A DNA stretch of 64,000 nucleotides from Catajapyx aquilonaris (taxonomy: Eukaryota). Location: positions 62,001 to 126,000 of the forward strand of contig KZ537985.1 in NCBI GenBank assembly GCA_000934665.2, written 5' to 3'. Shown here in pieces: positions 50,367 to 63,900 of this stretch (position 1 is the stretch's first letter; every line of letters begins with the position of its first letter). The notes beneath the pieces are model-generated. The model was not told the DNA's origin, did no database searches, and was given only the letters and a program-made list of their open reading frames with translations. Made by a program: the position numbers and the translations under genes.

Positions 50367-52991
50367 GAATCGACCGCTCTTCGGATATTAATTACAACCT
50401 ATCCGTAAACGAATCAATTGAGTGTCTTCCGTGTGGCGCATCACGCAATATTCTTACTACCAACCGGCCATAAATCGCTATTTGCATCACAAAGCGCTTT
50501 CATTTCCCTAAACATTGGCTATTCCGGAACAATAACTCAGCCTGCACCGTTACAAAAACGTCATCCTCAGATAACAAAGTGCTAGTGCCTGATGAAGGTG
50601 CAGAAGAAGAAGTCCATTAGTCAGTTGATCCCCTCTTGTCAGCCAGGTTATAGAGAGGTGAGGGGGTAGTATACCGAAGGGAGGGTATGGCGGATTGGTC
50701 GACTATATATCCATCCCTGAAAAGCAAGGGATATGATGCTCAAACTGCGGCCTGGCTCCGGTTTACGAGACGCTGGCTCGGCCTTTTTACAGCAGGCAAT
50801 AACACTTGGAGGACGGGCGTAAATCTTTTTAACCCCGGCAAAGGGGGGAAATTACCATGGCTCCTTTGACTAGCAGCGTGTAAGCTTAATCCTGCCCGTG
50901 ATGGACTTATGGAAAAGGAGCTCCACTACCTCATACGCAGGCCAAGTGACACCATCCGCTAGATGGGGTTGGCCAGTTAGGAGTGTCGCCAGAAGATGGC
51001 GTGGGTTTGTAGCCAGTCGTGTGGCAGCATATACAGACGATATAGTCCTGTTCATGGAGCGTGGGATATAATTATTGAGGGACTGTGCCAGGCGTTCTCA
51101 GGGGAATCTCTCGCAACTCCAGGCCGATTATCGGTGGTAAGCAAATTCGCTTGGCTAAATTCTAGCCTAGCCAACTTCTAGTTCCAATCAGGCACTTTAT
51201 TACCAAGGGTTTCCGGAGATATTGCCACCGCATAACCGATGACCGTTAAGTATCCGGCCACACGTGCACGTGATATACCTGGCCTCGGGACAAGACCCTC
51301 CCCCAGATCATCAAAAACACGAGAGTTCTAAAATCGTCTCCATCTTGTGTGGTCCATTTTGCTCCTCCATTTGCAGCTCCCTAACGAAGCCATTCAAGTC
51401 GGATGCCACTTTTGGATCCGTTGTGAGGGCGGGCGGGGGAAAGGCTTCTAAATTCACCATTTGTCAAAAGAGAAGTTGCCTTTAGAGGCAACACTGGGGA
51501 CCATCTGAATTCACCTCGGGTGCAGCTTTGCAGCGGTTTCAACTCGGGGAAAAGAGAAGAGACGGCAGCGAATTAGATGAGAAGGGCTTGTTCAACTGTT
51601 CATCGACCGATGAATCCTGGATCTTTCGCCAGGTCTCTTCTGACCTCTCACTCGGACCTATCTGCTGAAATCCAAGCTACACGTGTATTTCCAGTAGCGG
51701 CTACACGCACTGCATAGTTCATGAATAAATATATGAATCGCAAAAAGCATGGGAGCGCCCACAGGTTCGCGGTGAGACTGTACGCTCCCGGATATTGTGG
51801 TTCGTACCCCCATGGACACCTCTGTCATATTCAAGCATCAAATTAAATTACCTGCGAGTATGACTTGCTCCTTCTTATAGGTTAACGCTCCTGATTATTA
51901 ATTCACGCTCATGCAACACGTGCAATGTAATGTACACCACAGGACCCCCAAGAAGCCATAACTTAGAGTACCTGTCAGCCTCATTACTCTCTAGCCATGC
52001 CTGCGATTAACCCCAAGTAGATTTCCTTGACCAATAGTCCAGTCAGCAAAACCGCTCGCATTTGCTTCCTTGGCATCCCCCCCTCTGGTATCTCCTGAGC
52101 TGCAGCGAGTGTGGCGAGATGAATGGGTCGGCCATATTGAGCGTGCTGACTTGGCGCAGGGTGGGCAACTTGACCCCTTCCCGCCACACAATCTAATTCC
52201 CTGCTTGACCGGAACCTCCTTCAGGGACTAGGATCCTCTGAAGAAAAGGAGGCCCTTTCCTATCCCAAGAGGAAGCTTCCCAATGCATGCATTATGCAAA
52301 TCGTCTGCTTCTATTTGCAGTGGGAGGAGTGCTTTCTGCACTGTTTGTGTAGCTAACTCGCGCTGAGCCTCAGGCTGAATCCAGCGCAGCTCTCTGAAGA
52401 AGCCGTCCGAATGACTATGTTTGCCTCCCTGCCGTGAGGATGATGAGTTTAAAAGGCATAACATCCGAGTGCTGGCCGGACCTCTTGCCCTTTATGCTGG
52501 CCAAAATTTATGGCCAGGCAAACTAGCCTCCAACAAAGCTATCACACGACTGGCTACAAAGCGCGCTAGATGGCGCTGATGCAGGCCCAGCGCCATAGCG
52601 GCTGAGAGGCGTTTCAGGCCCACCCTGTACACAGATCTCTCCCTAGAGAGCCTAAAAATTAATGGTCGCCTAGAAATGCAGCATTTATGCCTATGCGTTC
52701 GTGCTCCGCTTTTAAAGCGGATATGTGCCTGCAAGATGGTGATTGGCCAGACGTACCGGAACCACAATTATGGGGGGGGGGGGGGGGGNGGGGGGCATTA
52801 TCGAAGAAAAAGGGACCTCTAGAGGCCTACCCTCCCGAATGCAAGAGTCCGGTTGACGATTACGACCACAGAGGCGCGCGTTTTATCCGCGATTAGGCAA
52901 ATGAGCGGTAGCATCCAACAATAAAACGTCTATTAATTCGGAGTACTATCTAGGCCTATGCTCCACTTTCCTTGCGGACATCTATACTCAC

Positions 52992-53032
52992 CAGTACTCT
53001 CCGGACCAGTCGTTCTTCACACACTGCCACAT
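52992..53032 (-). other. Candidate 41-nt non-coding/5'UTR exon (possibly POMGNT1)
   Basis: The minus strand reads cttctttcatttcag|ATGTGGCAGTGTGTGAAGAACGACTGGTCCGGAGAGTACTG|gtgagt, with a strong acceptor and donor. Confidence 0.45.
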
Positions 53033-56000
53033 CTGAAATGAAAGAAGTATGTGTAGACACATGTCTGGCAACACACCAGCAAAAAAGTTGACAGGAAACA
53101 CTATCTGCGTACAAAAACAACGCAATTGCTTACGATAACCTCCAGCAGACACCAGATAAAACTACAGTAAACAAACTGGCGATACACTATTTCGGCTCAG
53201 TTTTAGGGTGAAAAGGTACGGCGTAGTATCGATTTAAAATGACAGACACGCGAGGTAATTTATTCAAAGCCTGTTTTTTTTTTAGCATTACTTTTTCAAA
53301 AACTTTGCATGCACCCTCGACTGATGTATACAATCTCCGTTTGATGTGCGCTCCTTTTTAAAACCCGCGTAAACATCATACCGGATTCATCTGCTACATA
53401 TAATTAACTTAGCATACAGTAATGCGGGATCACACACATCCTCTTCATCTATATGGTGCATACGTATACGACACATGCTGGCTACGAATTTCAAACAGGT
53501 CGCATAGTTTAAAAATAGTGCAGATACAACAAAAGGTGCTACTCAATAATACACCGACCACGGTACCGGCTTCATTGTCCTGCAGGTCAACCCCCATGTG
53601 TATATACAACCTCGTTTACACCCAAATATACATCGAATGAGAGGCGGGGGAATGAAATGAAGCTCCGTCCATACACAACATTATCACAGCATCCGCGTTA
53701 ACATTACGACCCCGTAAAGCCATTTCCGGGCAGTAAAAACTAGCAGAGCGGCAATTTATCTCGCATATCTCCGACTTAACAGTAATATTAGCGTGCAATA
53801 ATAGTCACGCGACGTTCCCCCTAAAATGCAATCCGACACCCGATATATATACGGTCCGAAGGGGCCCACTTTTCTATCAGTAAGCGATTCAGGAAGAACT
53901 TTGCGAAAAAATGGCCGACCCCCACTTTTTATCAATGCACCTGTTGATACGGCTCTTCCTAGCCATCGCTTGGGCTTGAAATTTGGCAATGATTGCCAAT
54001 AGATGGCGCTATTTTCAGCCACAAACCACCTATAGACATGCCCTCCCTCTAGCGGATGTCAAAATGTGAAGAAATATTCAGTAAATAATCCAGATTGCAG
54101 TCTGGTATATCTTGCAGCTTATCCGGGGCTAGAAGCTGGAAATAACTAATGGGCCCGGAGCCTCGGCCGGAAGAAAAAGACGGGCCCACGCTTTACAACC
54201 AGGTCCCATTTCCACTACAAAGTGCGACTAACAATTACAGCTGCGAATTCCCCCCGCGCCCATAAACATCCATCTCATTCCGAATAAGGTCAAAGGGAAA
54301 CAAATTGCTGGTTGCCGTCGAGAGGGGAGGGCTCAAGTCCGGAGTTTGGACTAACAAAGTTGGGTTTTAGGAGGGGGCAAGTTTTTAGAGGTTCGCACAT
54401 TGTCCGTGAGAGCGTTGATCCATCAGTTAGGCCTGGAGTAGCCTGGAGTCAGGCCGTCACACGACACACTCCAGCAAGACACCTCCTGCCATCTACCGGT
54501 AAATTCAAGAGTGTATGAACGCCGTATGTTAAAAAGCTTTGAAGTTAAGCAAACGTGTTGGCCAAGTTGTTTCAGCATCTGCAAAAATTGCAAACTCCGG
54601 CGTGAAATGCCAGGTGTCGCCAGCATCAACCGCAGGTTTACCAGGGCGAGAGAAAATGAGCTCGGCGGCAAAAGTCTCCGCACCCGGACGCTAATGTTGG
54701 CATTGTGGGGACCTCGCTTATCACGCGACAAGGAGGCGACGGCTCGGAAAACAGAAAATGTCTGGCCAGACTTTTTGGAAGCTGGAGGGAAAAGCGTTGC
54801 CAGGGGGGTTTTTCACCTGGTTCCTCTGGAGATTCGCCCAAAAAAGTTTCACTACACACTGTTTACACTTCATCCTTGTGGAGTTCCACGCGTTTAACTA
54901 ATTAGCGTGGTGTGTCTTTTAGCGTATAATGGCCACCGCGTGTTTATTCTACAGCTGTCAAACAGATGACGATGATAGAAAACCGCTCAAAGTGCTGAAG
55001 CTGAGACATCAACAGTTTTATAGTGAACTCTCACTGCAGAGTCGGGGTCCAACTAGCCTCAACAGGACATGACAAACATCGTAGCCTCCACCTCAAATGG
55101 GCCGAATCCGGACAGTGCGGTGCGAAGCCCCCCCCGCCGAGCGTAGCGACAGGCGAAAATCCAAATATTTCACGTCAAATCAGAACATGAGTTACACCTC
55201 ACCGATCTCAAATCTTCCATGATCGATCTCATCTTTAGAAGGGGAGGTCAGGACGGGTCATTTGTCAAGAAGATTCCAGAAGTAATGACGAGCCGGCTTC
55301 CCCTGCAACGAGTGAACAATGCGGTCCGTAGGGGGACCCCACAAAAGTCTAGGTGATAAAGTGTCCCTGCCTGTGGCTTATCCCAAATCTAACAGATGAT
55401 CCGCCATGTATAATCTGCAGCGTCTCAGGCTACACACATGCTGGCCTCAGCATCTGTAATTCAAAGTGTGTGGTTACATCTCATTTGTAGGTCCGTTTCG
55501 GGTTATGAAACCGTGCGCCCATGCATTAATTCACGGTTCCTTGAGGGCAACCCGTGATTTGCGACCTCTATATCTCAGGTATGGCGCAATGTGTGTGCAC
55601 CACACCCATACTCACCCCGAGATATATCCGCAATTATAAGCCTGTTAGAGGATATTTTTCCAGCCCATTCTGTCGGCATATAAATCGTCGAGCCAAGCTG
55701 TTTCAGAAAACCCCGCACATGTTTTCATATGCGCTTCCTCCATTATAGCCTCCCCACACACCCTGACAAGAGGATGGTGAAAAGTGGCTCCCTCTTTTGT
55801 AGATGTTTCTGGTGGCCCGTGCGTTTGGGAAGCCCGTGATGAATCGGCTGCCAGTCGGAATTACAATTTGACAGCGGGGGAGGCAAGTTCGGCTCCTACT
55901 GCAGCTGGCATTTCTACAGGGAATTATTCCAACGAAATAATTCACCATCATGAACTCCTTGGATGGGCGTTGTGCTTGACACGGGGCCAGCTGCAAGTCT

Positions 56001-56087
56001 TCTATCTCATTAGTCACGCTCTGGGCAACCTAGGAGTCTATCCGCACCTCAGATGTACAAAACGGCCACAATTTGGACGCCCAGTGT

Positions 56088-56147
56088 GCGGCGCAGGAGC
56101 CCATCGCAGGAGCCCGGCGCAGGAGCCCGGCGCAGGAGCCCGGCGCA
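56088..56147. repeat. 13-bp GC-rich tandem repeat
   Basis: CGGCGCAGGAGCC repeated ~4.5 times. Confidence 0.8.
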
Positions 56148-58661
56148 TCCTAATGCGCTGCCATGTTGGTTTCCTCACTGGTCTCAATTACGATGCCATC
56201 GTTGGTGTTTAGTGTACCGTGGACGGACCCTCTTAATCCCGCAAATTAATTCTAAATGCAAGAGGATGGCGACTGGGGGACGTTTACAGTTCCCCCTTGA
56301 CAAGAGTGCTAACCGCCAAAGCCCCCTTTGATCTTCTTATTAACTGGCCTTTTACAGCCGTCGTATTTTGGGCGTAACATGACGTTAACGATATTCCATG
56401 GCCCGAATATGCACCTTTATAACGCACGTCAGGAGATAAGAATGTGCTGGACAGGCGATACTGAGTGGGTGGCCAACAATGGGGTTTGAAAATCGCAATT
56501 TGGGCTGGAAGTGAGATGTAAGAACCTCTTTGTTAGTGGTAAACTTTCTAACGAGGCCGAGTGGAAGTCTTGCCTCTAGATGGCGTAGAGGGCCTGGGGG
56601 AAGGCTTATTTGCAACCAGTCGTGTGAAAGCCTGAGTGGCGGCTGGTCCTAAATTATATCAACAAGTGGGTCCAATTTGAAGTGCTAACTCCGTGTATTT
56701 GGCAACCAATATGGCCGCCAGATACCGGCTGCCCCCCCTGTAATAACGCAATATCAACAAAGCGCATTTTGTCATTACAGTGCGGCACGTGAATTACAGC
56801 CCAACGCAGATGAAAATGGTCGGTCCGGTAATGGAAACTAACACCCTCAAAGAGAATTTGTGCACCCCGGTTATTGTGTACTCCATTGATTTAAACAGAT
56901 TCGCGGATTAATCGACCAAACACCGACTCGAACAACCATTGAGCTAATGGAATTTAGGCCTGGAATTCCCCCCATGGGTTCTGGGCATGCAAGGCTTGAC
57001 TTGAATGATCCATTTGACAAAAGCATAAGATCTGGAAGTAAGGTCCATTAGGTGGCTGGAAAAGGCAGGGACGTGACTAGTCCAAAATCCCGTTACCCTG
57101 CTAATCTTCCTCCTTGTCGCGAAAATGCTGCGGAGAAAATCACTGCTGTAGAACACCACTGCTGGAGAACACCGAAAAGAAAGTTCGGTTGTTTCAATCG
57201 GGAGGGAGATAGTCTCCGATCGGGTAGTCCGATTGTGCTTGCAAATCCTTCCCAACCTCGCCGTTACCGTCTTCCTCTTGGTAGGCACTCACCTTTTACG
57301 GAAAATACGTGTTTTCGTCCCAACTGTTTGCTCGGTTTCGAAGCTCCCGGGGCAAATAGTGCTTCAAACTGTTGTAAAAACACCCGCAATCCTCCAACCC
57401 TAGTCGAGATAAGGGAGGGGAAATGGCGAAGTGATGTTCCAATGTCGTACCTGGTATGTGAAAATATTTGTAGAACCAGTTCCTACCCTTCAAACCGCTT
57501 CAAACGACAAGAAAATAGGGATAAGCTGGTATAAAATATTATTTAAAAAAATTAATTGGCACCATATGTTAACAGATGGCGTTGATGCTGGGATACCGCG
57601 AGACGAAACTAGCAGGCTGCGTATCTCTCTACGAAAGCCAAGCTAACTTGTCAGCTCATCATGACACATTATAGAAGTCCCCCAGTTTCCTTAATTTAGG
57701 CCCCGGCGCCATTGCTGCTTAATTAATCCCAGGGCTGAGTGTGCAAGGGGCTTGATCAGAAGGCAAACAGGTGAAGAGAGGAAGCGGAACGGACACTGGG
57801 GAAGCCTCATTTCCCTTCCGCCACGCCCTACCACCGCCAGATGCTAATTAGAAGAGGAACTCCGAGGTGTTGCCCGCCTGCTTCATTCTGCCTCAACTAG
57901 GCACTTCCACTCATTAACTGCATCATATGTGCCACTAAACAGACTCTTGATACCAATAGTCACTGTGATGCCATCGCTCTAATCATTTTATATTCGGGGG
58001 GTCCAGCAGGTTCCTGGAAAGTCTTCCTGGGCGCGAATTTCAATAAACAGAAGCATTATTTCGTGACAATTCCTGCTAAACTGAAAGTTAGTGGGGTTGG
58101 AGAAAATCCATTATTTGAGTCTTCTCTTGTAACCAATTGATTAGCACGGATGGCAGGACCGGAAAGAGGAGACAGTTGGTCGGAAAATGTCGGTTGGGCA
58201 TTGATCTGGGCCTGGTTATCCGAAACGATTTAACGATTTCTCGCCCAGTCTGCTGCTAGTACCGTGTGTATATATATTGTATACACCCGCGACTCTCCCG
58301 GAACCATAATCCCTCTCGGAATCCCTCCTTCCACTTTCCAGAAATCCCGGAAGAGGAATTTGCTCTGCTTCCTCCCTCAGGATGCCACCGACCGTAAATA
58401 ATACTTAGTGGGATCCGATATTTACACCCTTGCACAAAAGCGGGACACTACTATCGCAAATTCTAATTACAGCGAAAGGGATACAAGAAACGTTTGTGTT
58501 AAACAACACATGTAATAAAAGTGCTAGTTTCAATTAAGTATGAGTAGCCTACATATCAGACGTTGTTTCATTCAGAGCAAATCAAATTATTTGAATGCAC
58601 TTAATGTACGTTTCTAAGTCTGAATTAAATTATGTACACTGTAAACAGCAAAACGTTAAAA

Positions 58662-58809
58662 GAGCATCACTGGTGAGTCTCTCATCGAATATCAATTTTC
58701 AATGCTCTACTAATGCTCTTGTGATGCTTTTAGCAACAAAAAAGCATCACAAGAGCATTAGAAGAGCATTAAAAATTGATGTTTCATGAGAAACTCACCA
58801 GTGATGCTC
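58662..58809. mobile_element. Palindromic MITE-like element
   Basis: GAGCATCACTGGTGAGT...TAATGCTCTTGTGATGCTTTT / AAAAGCATCACAAGAGCATTA...ACTCACCAGTGATGCTC, with ~70-bp arms. Confidence 0.8.
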
Positions 58810-60877
58810 CTTGCGGTTTACAGGTACAGCGCCACCAATTTCCACGCAGCATTGCATATTTCATACCCGCTCCGGTAGATGGCGCTGAGAAACTCCACCG
58901 ATACGGTATCGGCCAGAATGCGCGCCAATGTGAACCTGCTAATTTGATTTCCATGTCTGCCAGATTAGATCACTGCCATGTCGTTAGAAGTTTATAGTAT
59001 GTTAAGTGGGCCGGGTCGAAGGTAAGTCAGTGATAAAACCCGGCCCTAGTCACGGAAGAACTGTTTGCCTTTCCACTCTATACATTCGCAATGGGAAATG
59101 CGTGAGGACATCAAAAGAAGTTGGGAGTGAAAAAATAATTTAGACGTCTCGCTGTACGGAGCGTTGATACCAGGTTTCATCAGTAATTCAGTATACGTTT
59201 GCCTAATCAGCACAATTTGCTGCAAAATCCGGGCCTTTTCTTCCGTTTCAATGTAAATGAGACGTTAAAAAAAAGCGAACCCGTGTTCCATAGAAGCTCC
59301 TTTGTCCCTTTGATAATCTTCACGTAAAAAAAAACCGTTCTCCAGTCCGGTTATACAACTAGTACCGAACATAATCCTTTGATGCAATAACTTTGAGGCT
59401 TCCGTCCCTTCACATGCCCCACGAAAAGGCAGGTACCGGACATCATCATCAAAGAAGGACGAAAAGAATGCGTGCAGCAGGCCTCTTGGTATAACGAGCC
59501 GTATCATCATGAAGAATGATTAGGAGCACACCTCTCAGGCATCACACGGACCTCTTTTTAGGCTCACGAAAGGGGGCCCAAACCCAATTTGTACCCCCGG
59601 CCACTAATTAGCCTAATGAGACATTAAGGCGTCACGTGAGTCGGTGCTCCCCAGGTGCAACTCCGCTGAACTGAGGAACATTTACATAATCCAAATTTTC
59701 TGAGGGGTAGTCATTACAAAAGTTCTTCACTGTTGAAAATTATACGCAACAATTTTCGTCGATAGATGGCGTTTGAGGCTGCCAGGTTTGTAGTCAGTCG
59801 TGTTGAGGCCCAATGGTTATCCAACAACAACAACAAAAAACTACTTCAATGGAGTATCCCATGGTTCAGTTTCCTCCTGAGAGACACATCGACAAAAGCT
59901 TCCCCTGAAAAAACATGGGTGGAACATCAGGTCCTGACAGGTTGGGAAAAGGTGGCCGTGGACAGGGTCTCTAATCCAGGTCCGGCTCTAAAACGCTTAT
60001 CCCTGGGCGAAGAAGCAGCAAATCGGATCCCCAAACATGGAGTTCGTCATCGGATCCGTCTGGCTGCTAAATCACCGGGGCCTCTGTCGCCTTGGGACAA
60101 AAAGCCTGCTGAATTATTCATGCCACTTGTCTTCCAATCCCTCCCCGTGAAAAACCTCCTCCTTCCCCTACCATAGCTCCCTCTGCATTATGAGGATCCT
60201 TGGAGAAAAAGGAAGGAGAAAAAGTCTTGAGAAATTCCTATATATACCGAATTCTAGAAATCACTCCTGCGAATTCGCTAAATTTTGGGGGGTTCCAAAT
60301 GAAACAAGTAGGGCCTGATGTTAATTACAGCTGACGATAGGTGTAACTCGGTTTATCAAAGAGCGCAATAGCAGAGAGGGTTAAAACCCGAACGGGTTGT
60401 CGAGGCCAAAAACCGGCTATAAATTACTAGCAGGGGGGCGAGAGGCAGCATGGTAATCACCCCAACCCCTAGCCTACAACTCAGCCAACGAAATTGAAAC
60501 AGTTCAATTCAATGCTCCACAATCATCAAGCAGTCCTCTACAAAAAGTGGGGGTAAATCCTATCTATCTCCCTGTTTAAAAAAAAACTCAGACATGATTT
60601 TCCATGATAATTAAACACCTCCGGATTTTATTTGCAGGCGGTGCTAATGTTCCGGGATGGACCTGCCCCGGAATATGACAGAACCGAGTTTCGCCATGCG
60701 TTCAAAACCAGCAAATGGACAAAAACTTTTTTTCCACAGCCGATAATGTTTTTAATGCGCTGTTGAATAGCTGGGAAAATTTCTGGATGTCGTATAGTAC
60801 CTGCTGCGTATAGTTGCCACGGTAACGTTATTGAGTAAGCTGACGATAAGACCAGTTCTATATGGAAAAGCCATCAT

Positions 60878-60982
60878 GGAGCTGCGCGGCTGCACTGGAC
60901 TGGGTGGCTGCACTGGAGCTGCGCGGCTGCACAGGACTGCGCGGCTGCACAGGGCTGCGCGGCTGCACTGGAGCTGCGCAGC
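60878..60982. repeat. 18-19-bp GC-rich minisatellite
   Basis: GCTGCGCGGCTGCAC[TA]GG[AG] repeated ~5.5 times. Confidence 0.8.
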
Positions 60983-63900
60983 TACACATGCAGCTGCAGT
61001 GGCTCCACCTGACTGGTTCCACCGTTGATTCGGGCTTAGCCAGGATGAATCTACCAGAAATTCGTCCCAAGTTGACGCTTTTTTATCGAACTTCCTTTGT
61101 GATCAGCTGACAAGTCTTAAAAGCCGTTTGGCTCGACCGTATTGTGTGGGTCCCATTATCAGGCGAGCAAGGCTCAATTGGTTGTTTGGGCTAGGCCCTG
61201 TTGGGGAGGAAGACTCGAGCACGTTATATCCGACAGGTCACGTGACGGGCCATTGTTGTCAGTGCGTGATTCTTCCATCATTTTTCACCAGGTTTGGTAT
61301 ATATGGACTCGATTTGACGCACTGTCGAAAATAATTTACGTCAGTTCCGTTTCCAACTAATTGCCTGGGGAGTCGCTGGGCTTGGCACATGCAATTTTAG
61401 GAACACCCCGAAGTTACCGCTGCCGGTCATGACGTCACGCGCAAACTCTCAAAATTTGCATATGTTTCCCAAGCCACCGGTTCCCAGCGTCACGCAGCGG
61501 TAACCATGCAGGAGGCTGTGAAAAAAGTTGTAAATGACTCAAACCCGATGTCATTTGTCACCGTCGATTCCTTTAAGCCAGCCACTTTGTGAGTGCGAAA
61601 CAAAGGAATTGAAAACGATTCGGGGAAAAAACTGTTTCCGATGAATCGATAATATTGGGTAACCACCCTCTTTTTTTTTGGATTATTCAGTCCCTTTGGC
61701 ATAGCCAAAGGGACCTCCGATTAATTTGAGCTAGCCTTAAAGCGTGTGCGCCCAGATTAAGCCAGCCCCGAGCGTTAATGACTCGCAGCAAGGGGTCAGA
61801 TGGCCCTTTATTGAGGTCACTAGGTGATGATGGGAGGCTCTCGGCACTTCGGGGTCTAGAGGCCAATCAGCATGGAATCCGTGCTCAAACTTCCAGCTCG
61901 ATTAGCCCACCAAGCGCTATGAGAAATCCTCAATATCAAAATCACGCTCATAATAATAATTGTTAAAAAAATTAATTAAAAATTTGTCATACATTCCACA
62001 TATACGTATAGCTGCTCATTTAATGAACCACACTGAATCAAGCATACCCATGGCGTGCTGGCGAAATGTTAAGCCCAAAAGTGTCCAGTGGGGTGGGGTT
62101 GTCCGGAGAGGGTTGTCCTCGTTAAATGATTCACAGCAGAATAGCAGGTAAGCAAATTGAATCCATCCTGGTGGCAGGACACGTGTGTCCCATGTTGGGG
62201 GGTTGCCGCACGTGAGAGAATCAGCCCATGGCTAATACACGGTCTCACGCCCTGCACATTCATCAACCGGTTCTAAAAACAGGACCAAAAACTGGTCAAA
62301 AATCTATAAAAAAAAATTCCATCGTCCATCAAATAAAAAAGCACGCGTGATATAGACTTCGTGCGATAAGTATGAGCAAAACCGCGAACAAGTGGTTAAC
62401 GGTATCAAAATGTCACATGCACGGAACATTATTCCAGCAGTCCGGGTGATCCCAGGAAGCTATAACTCACCTTAGATTTTGCACCCCGCTGTGGAGATAT
62501 TTCACCAACTTGCAGGTAGGCTAACAAATGCCCCAAAATGTCAGCGGGTTGGTAAAAATGTCGGTAGGAAAAAAAAAACGGGTTGCACGAAAAGGGAGAG
62601 GGCAAAGTGTGGCGTTGCGGTCGTCGTTCAAATGGCGTCCTGGAATACTAACGAGCAGAAGTCTCACTACAAATTTACACGCTCTTAATTGCACCTGTAT
62701 TTAATCACCGAGCCCGAAATAGAGCTAAATTGGGCAGTTTTTTTCCAACCCGGTGCTATTTATCTTGATCAATTAGCTAGAGCCGTTTCGAAAAATATGC
62801 GGGCGTTGCTTCATTAAGTAACTTCAGGGCATAGTGGTTGGACAAAGCCTCGCAACCGGCTGTCACACGACTGTTTACAAACCAAGCGTACCCCCGATCC
62901 CTCGCTGTCCCCTCCAAACCAAGCGTCCCCCCGGTCCCTCGCTGCCTGTTCCACGCCATCTCCCGGCCAAAATCCCAACTAGTGACTAGTGGCGTATCAC
63001 AATTTTTAAAACCAAGCCCAATTCCGAGTTCAGCCAAGCCCGAGTAGCATATGCGCCAAAGTTCCGCAACGTTGCTTCCCTAAACTGTCCTAAAATAAGC
63101 CAGGCAAGCTTACTTGCGACGCCAGTCCCCATCATGCTATTATGCTATGAAATAATTGGCTACATGGCTACAAACTTGTGTGTAATGGAGTCGAGCCGGG
63201 TCTGCAGTGCAGGGAGGAAACCTATTACGTAGATTCAACGTGTCATGTTGAATTAGCCCTTGTTACATCCAGCTTGCAATTCTCTTGATGATACTAGACA
63301 TCAACTCTATATAAAAAAAAGTGGGTCAAGTAAGTAAAAATAAGAACCTGCAAAAAAAATTGCCGATAAGTCGATCGATTTGTTGCACTATTTTCGGCAC
63401 ACCTTGCACCTTTGAATAATGAAAAGGCAATTTTGTTGTTGTAACCATCGGTGTTATACGAGTACACTTTGCACTTTCGCCTGATTAAATTTCCATGTTA
63501 GTTAGCCTTAATGAATATAAGGACATGTTCTGGTTTTCATACACTTGCTAATTATCAACACCAGTCCTATTTTCTAATGTTAATGCGCCTCCCCTCCGGG
63601 TAAACCATTGTAATATGCAAACCTTGGGGAGTGTCTAGGCCTCTAAATATTTTGCAGCTAATTAGGCCTACCTTGCTTACATAACAAAGAAGTTTCGCCC
63701 ATACAAAAAAGTATATAAACCAGATTGTTGGAACCCAGCCTATGTCAGCACATATGTTTAATGAACCGTTTCACACCGACCGACCGTGTCGTAAACGACA
63801 AGTTGATTAAGCTATCCATCTCTTGAGCTAACCTAAGAACTAAACATTTGGTCGAAAAACTCACGGCCGAAAAAAAAAACTCTGAAGCACTTCATAATTG

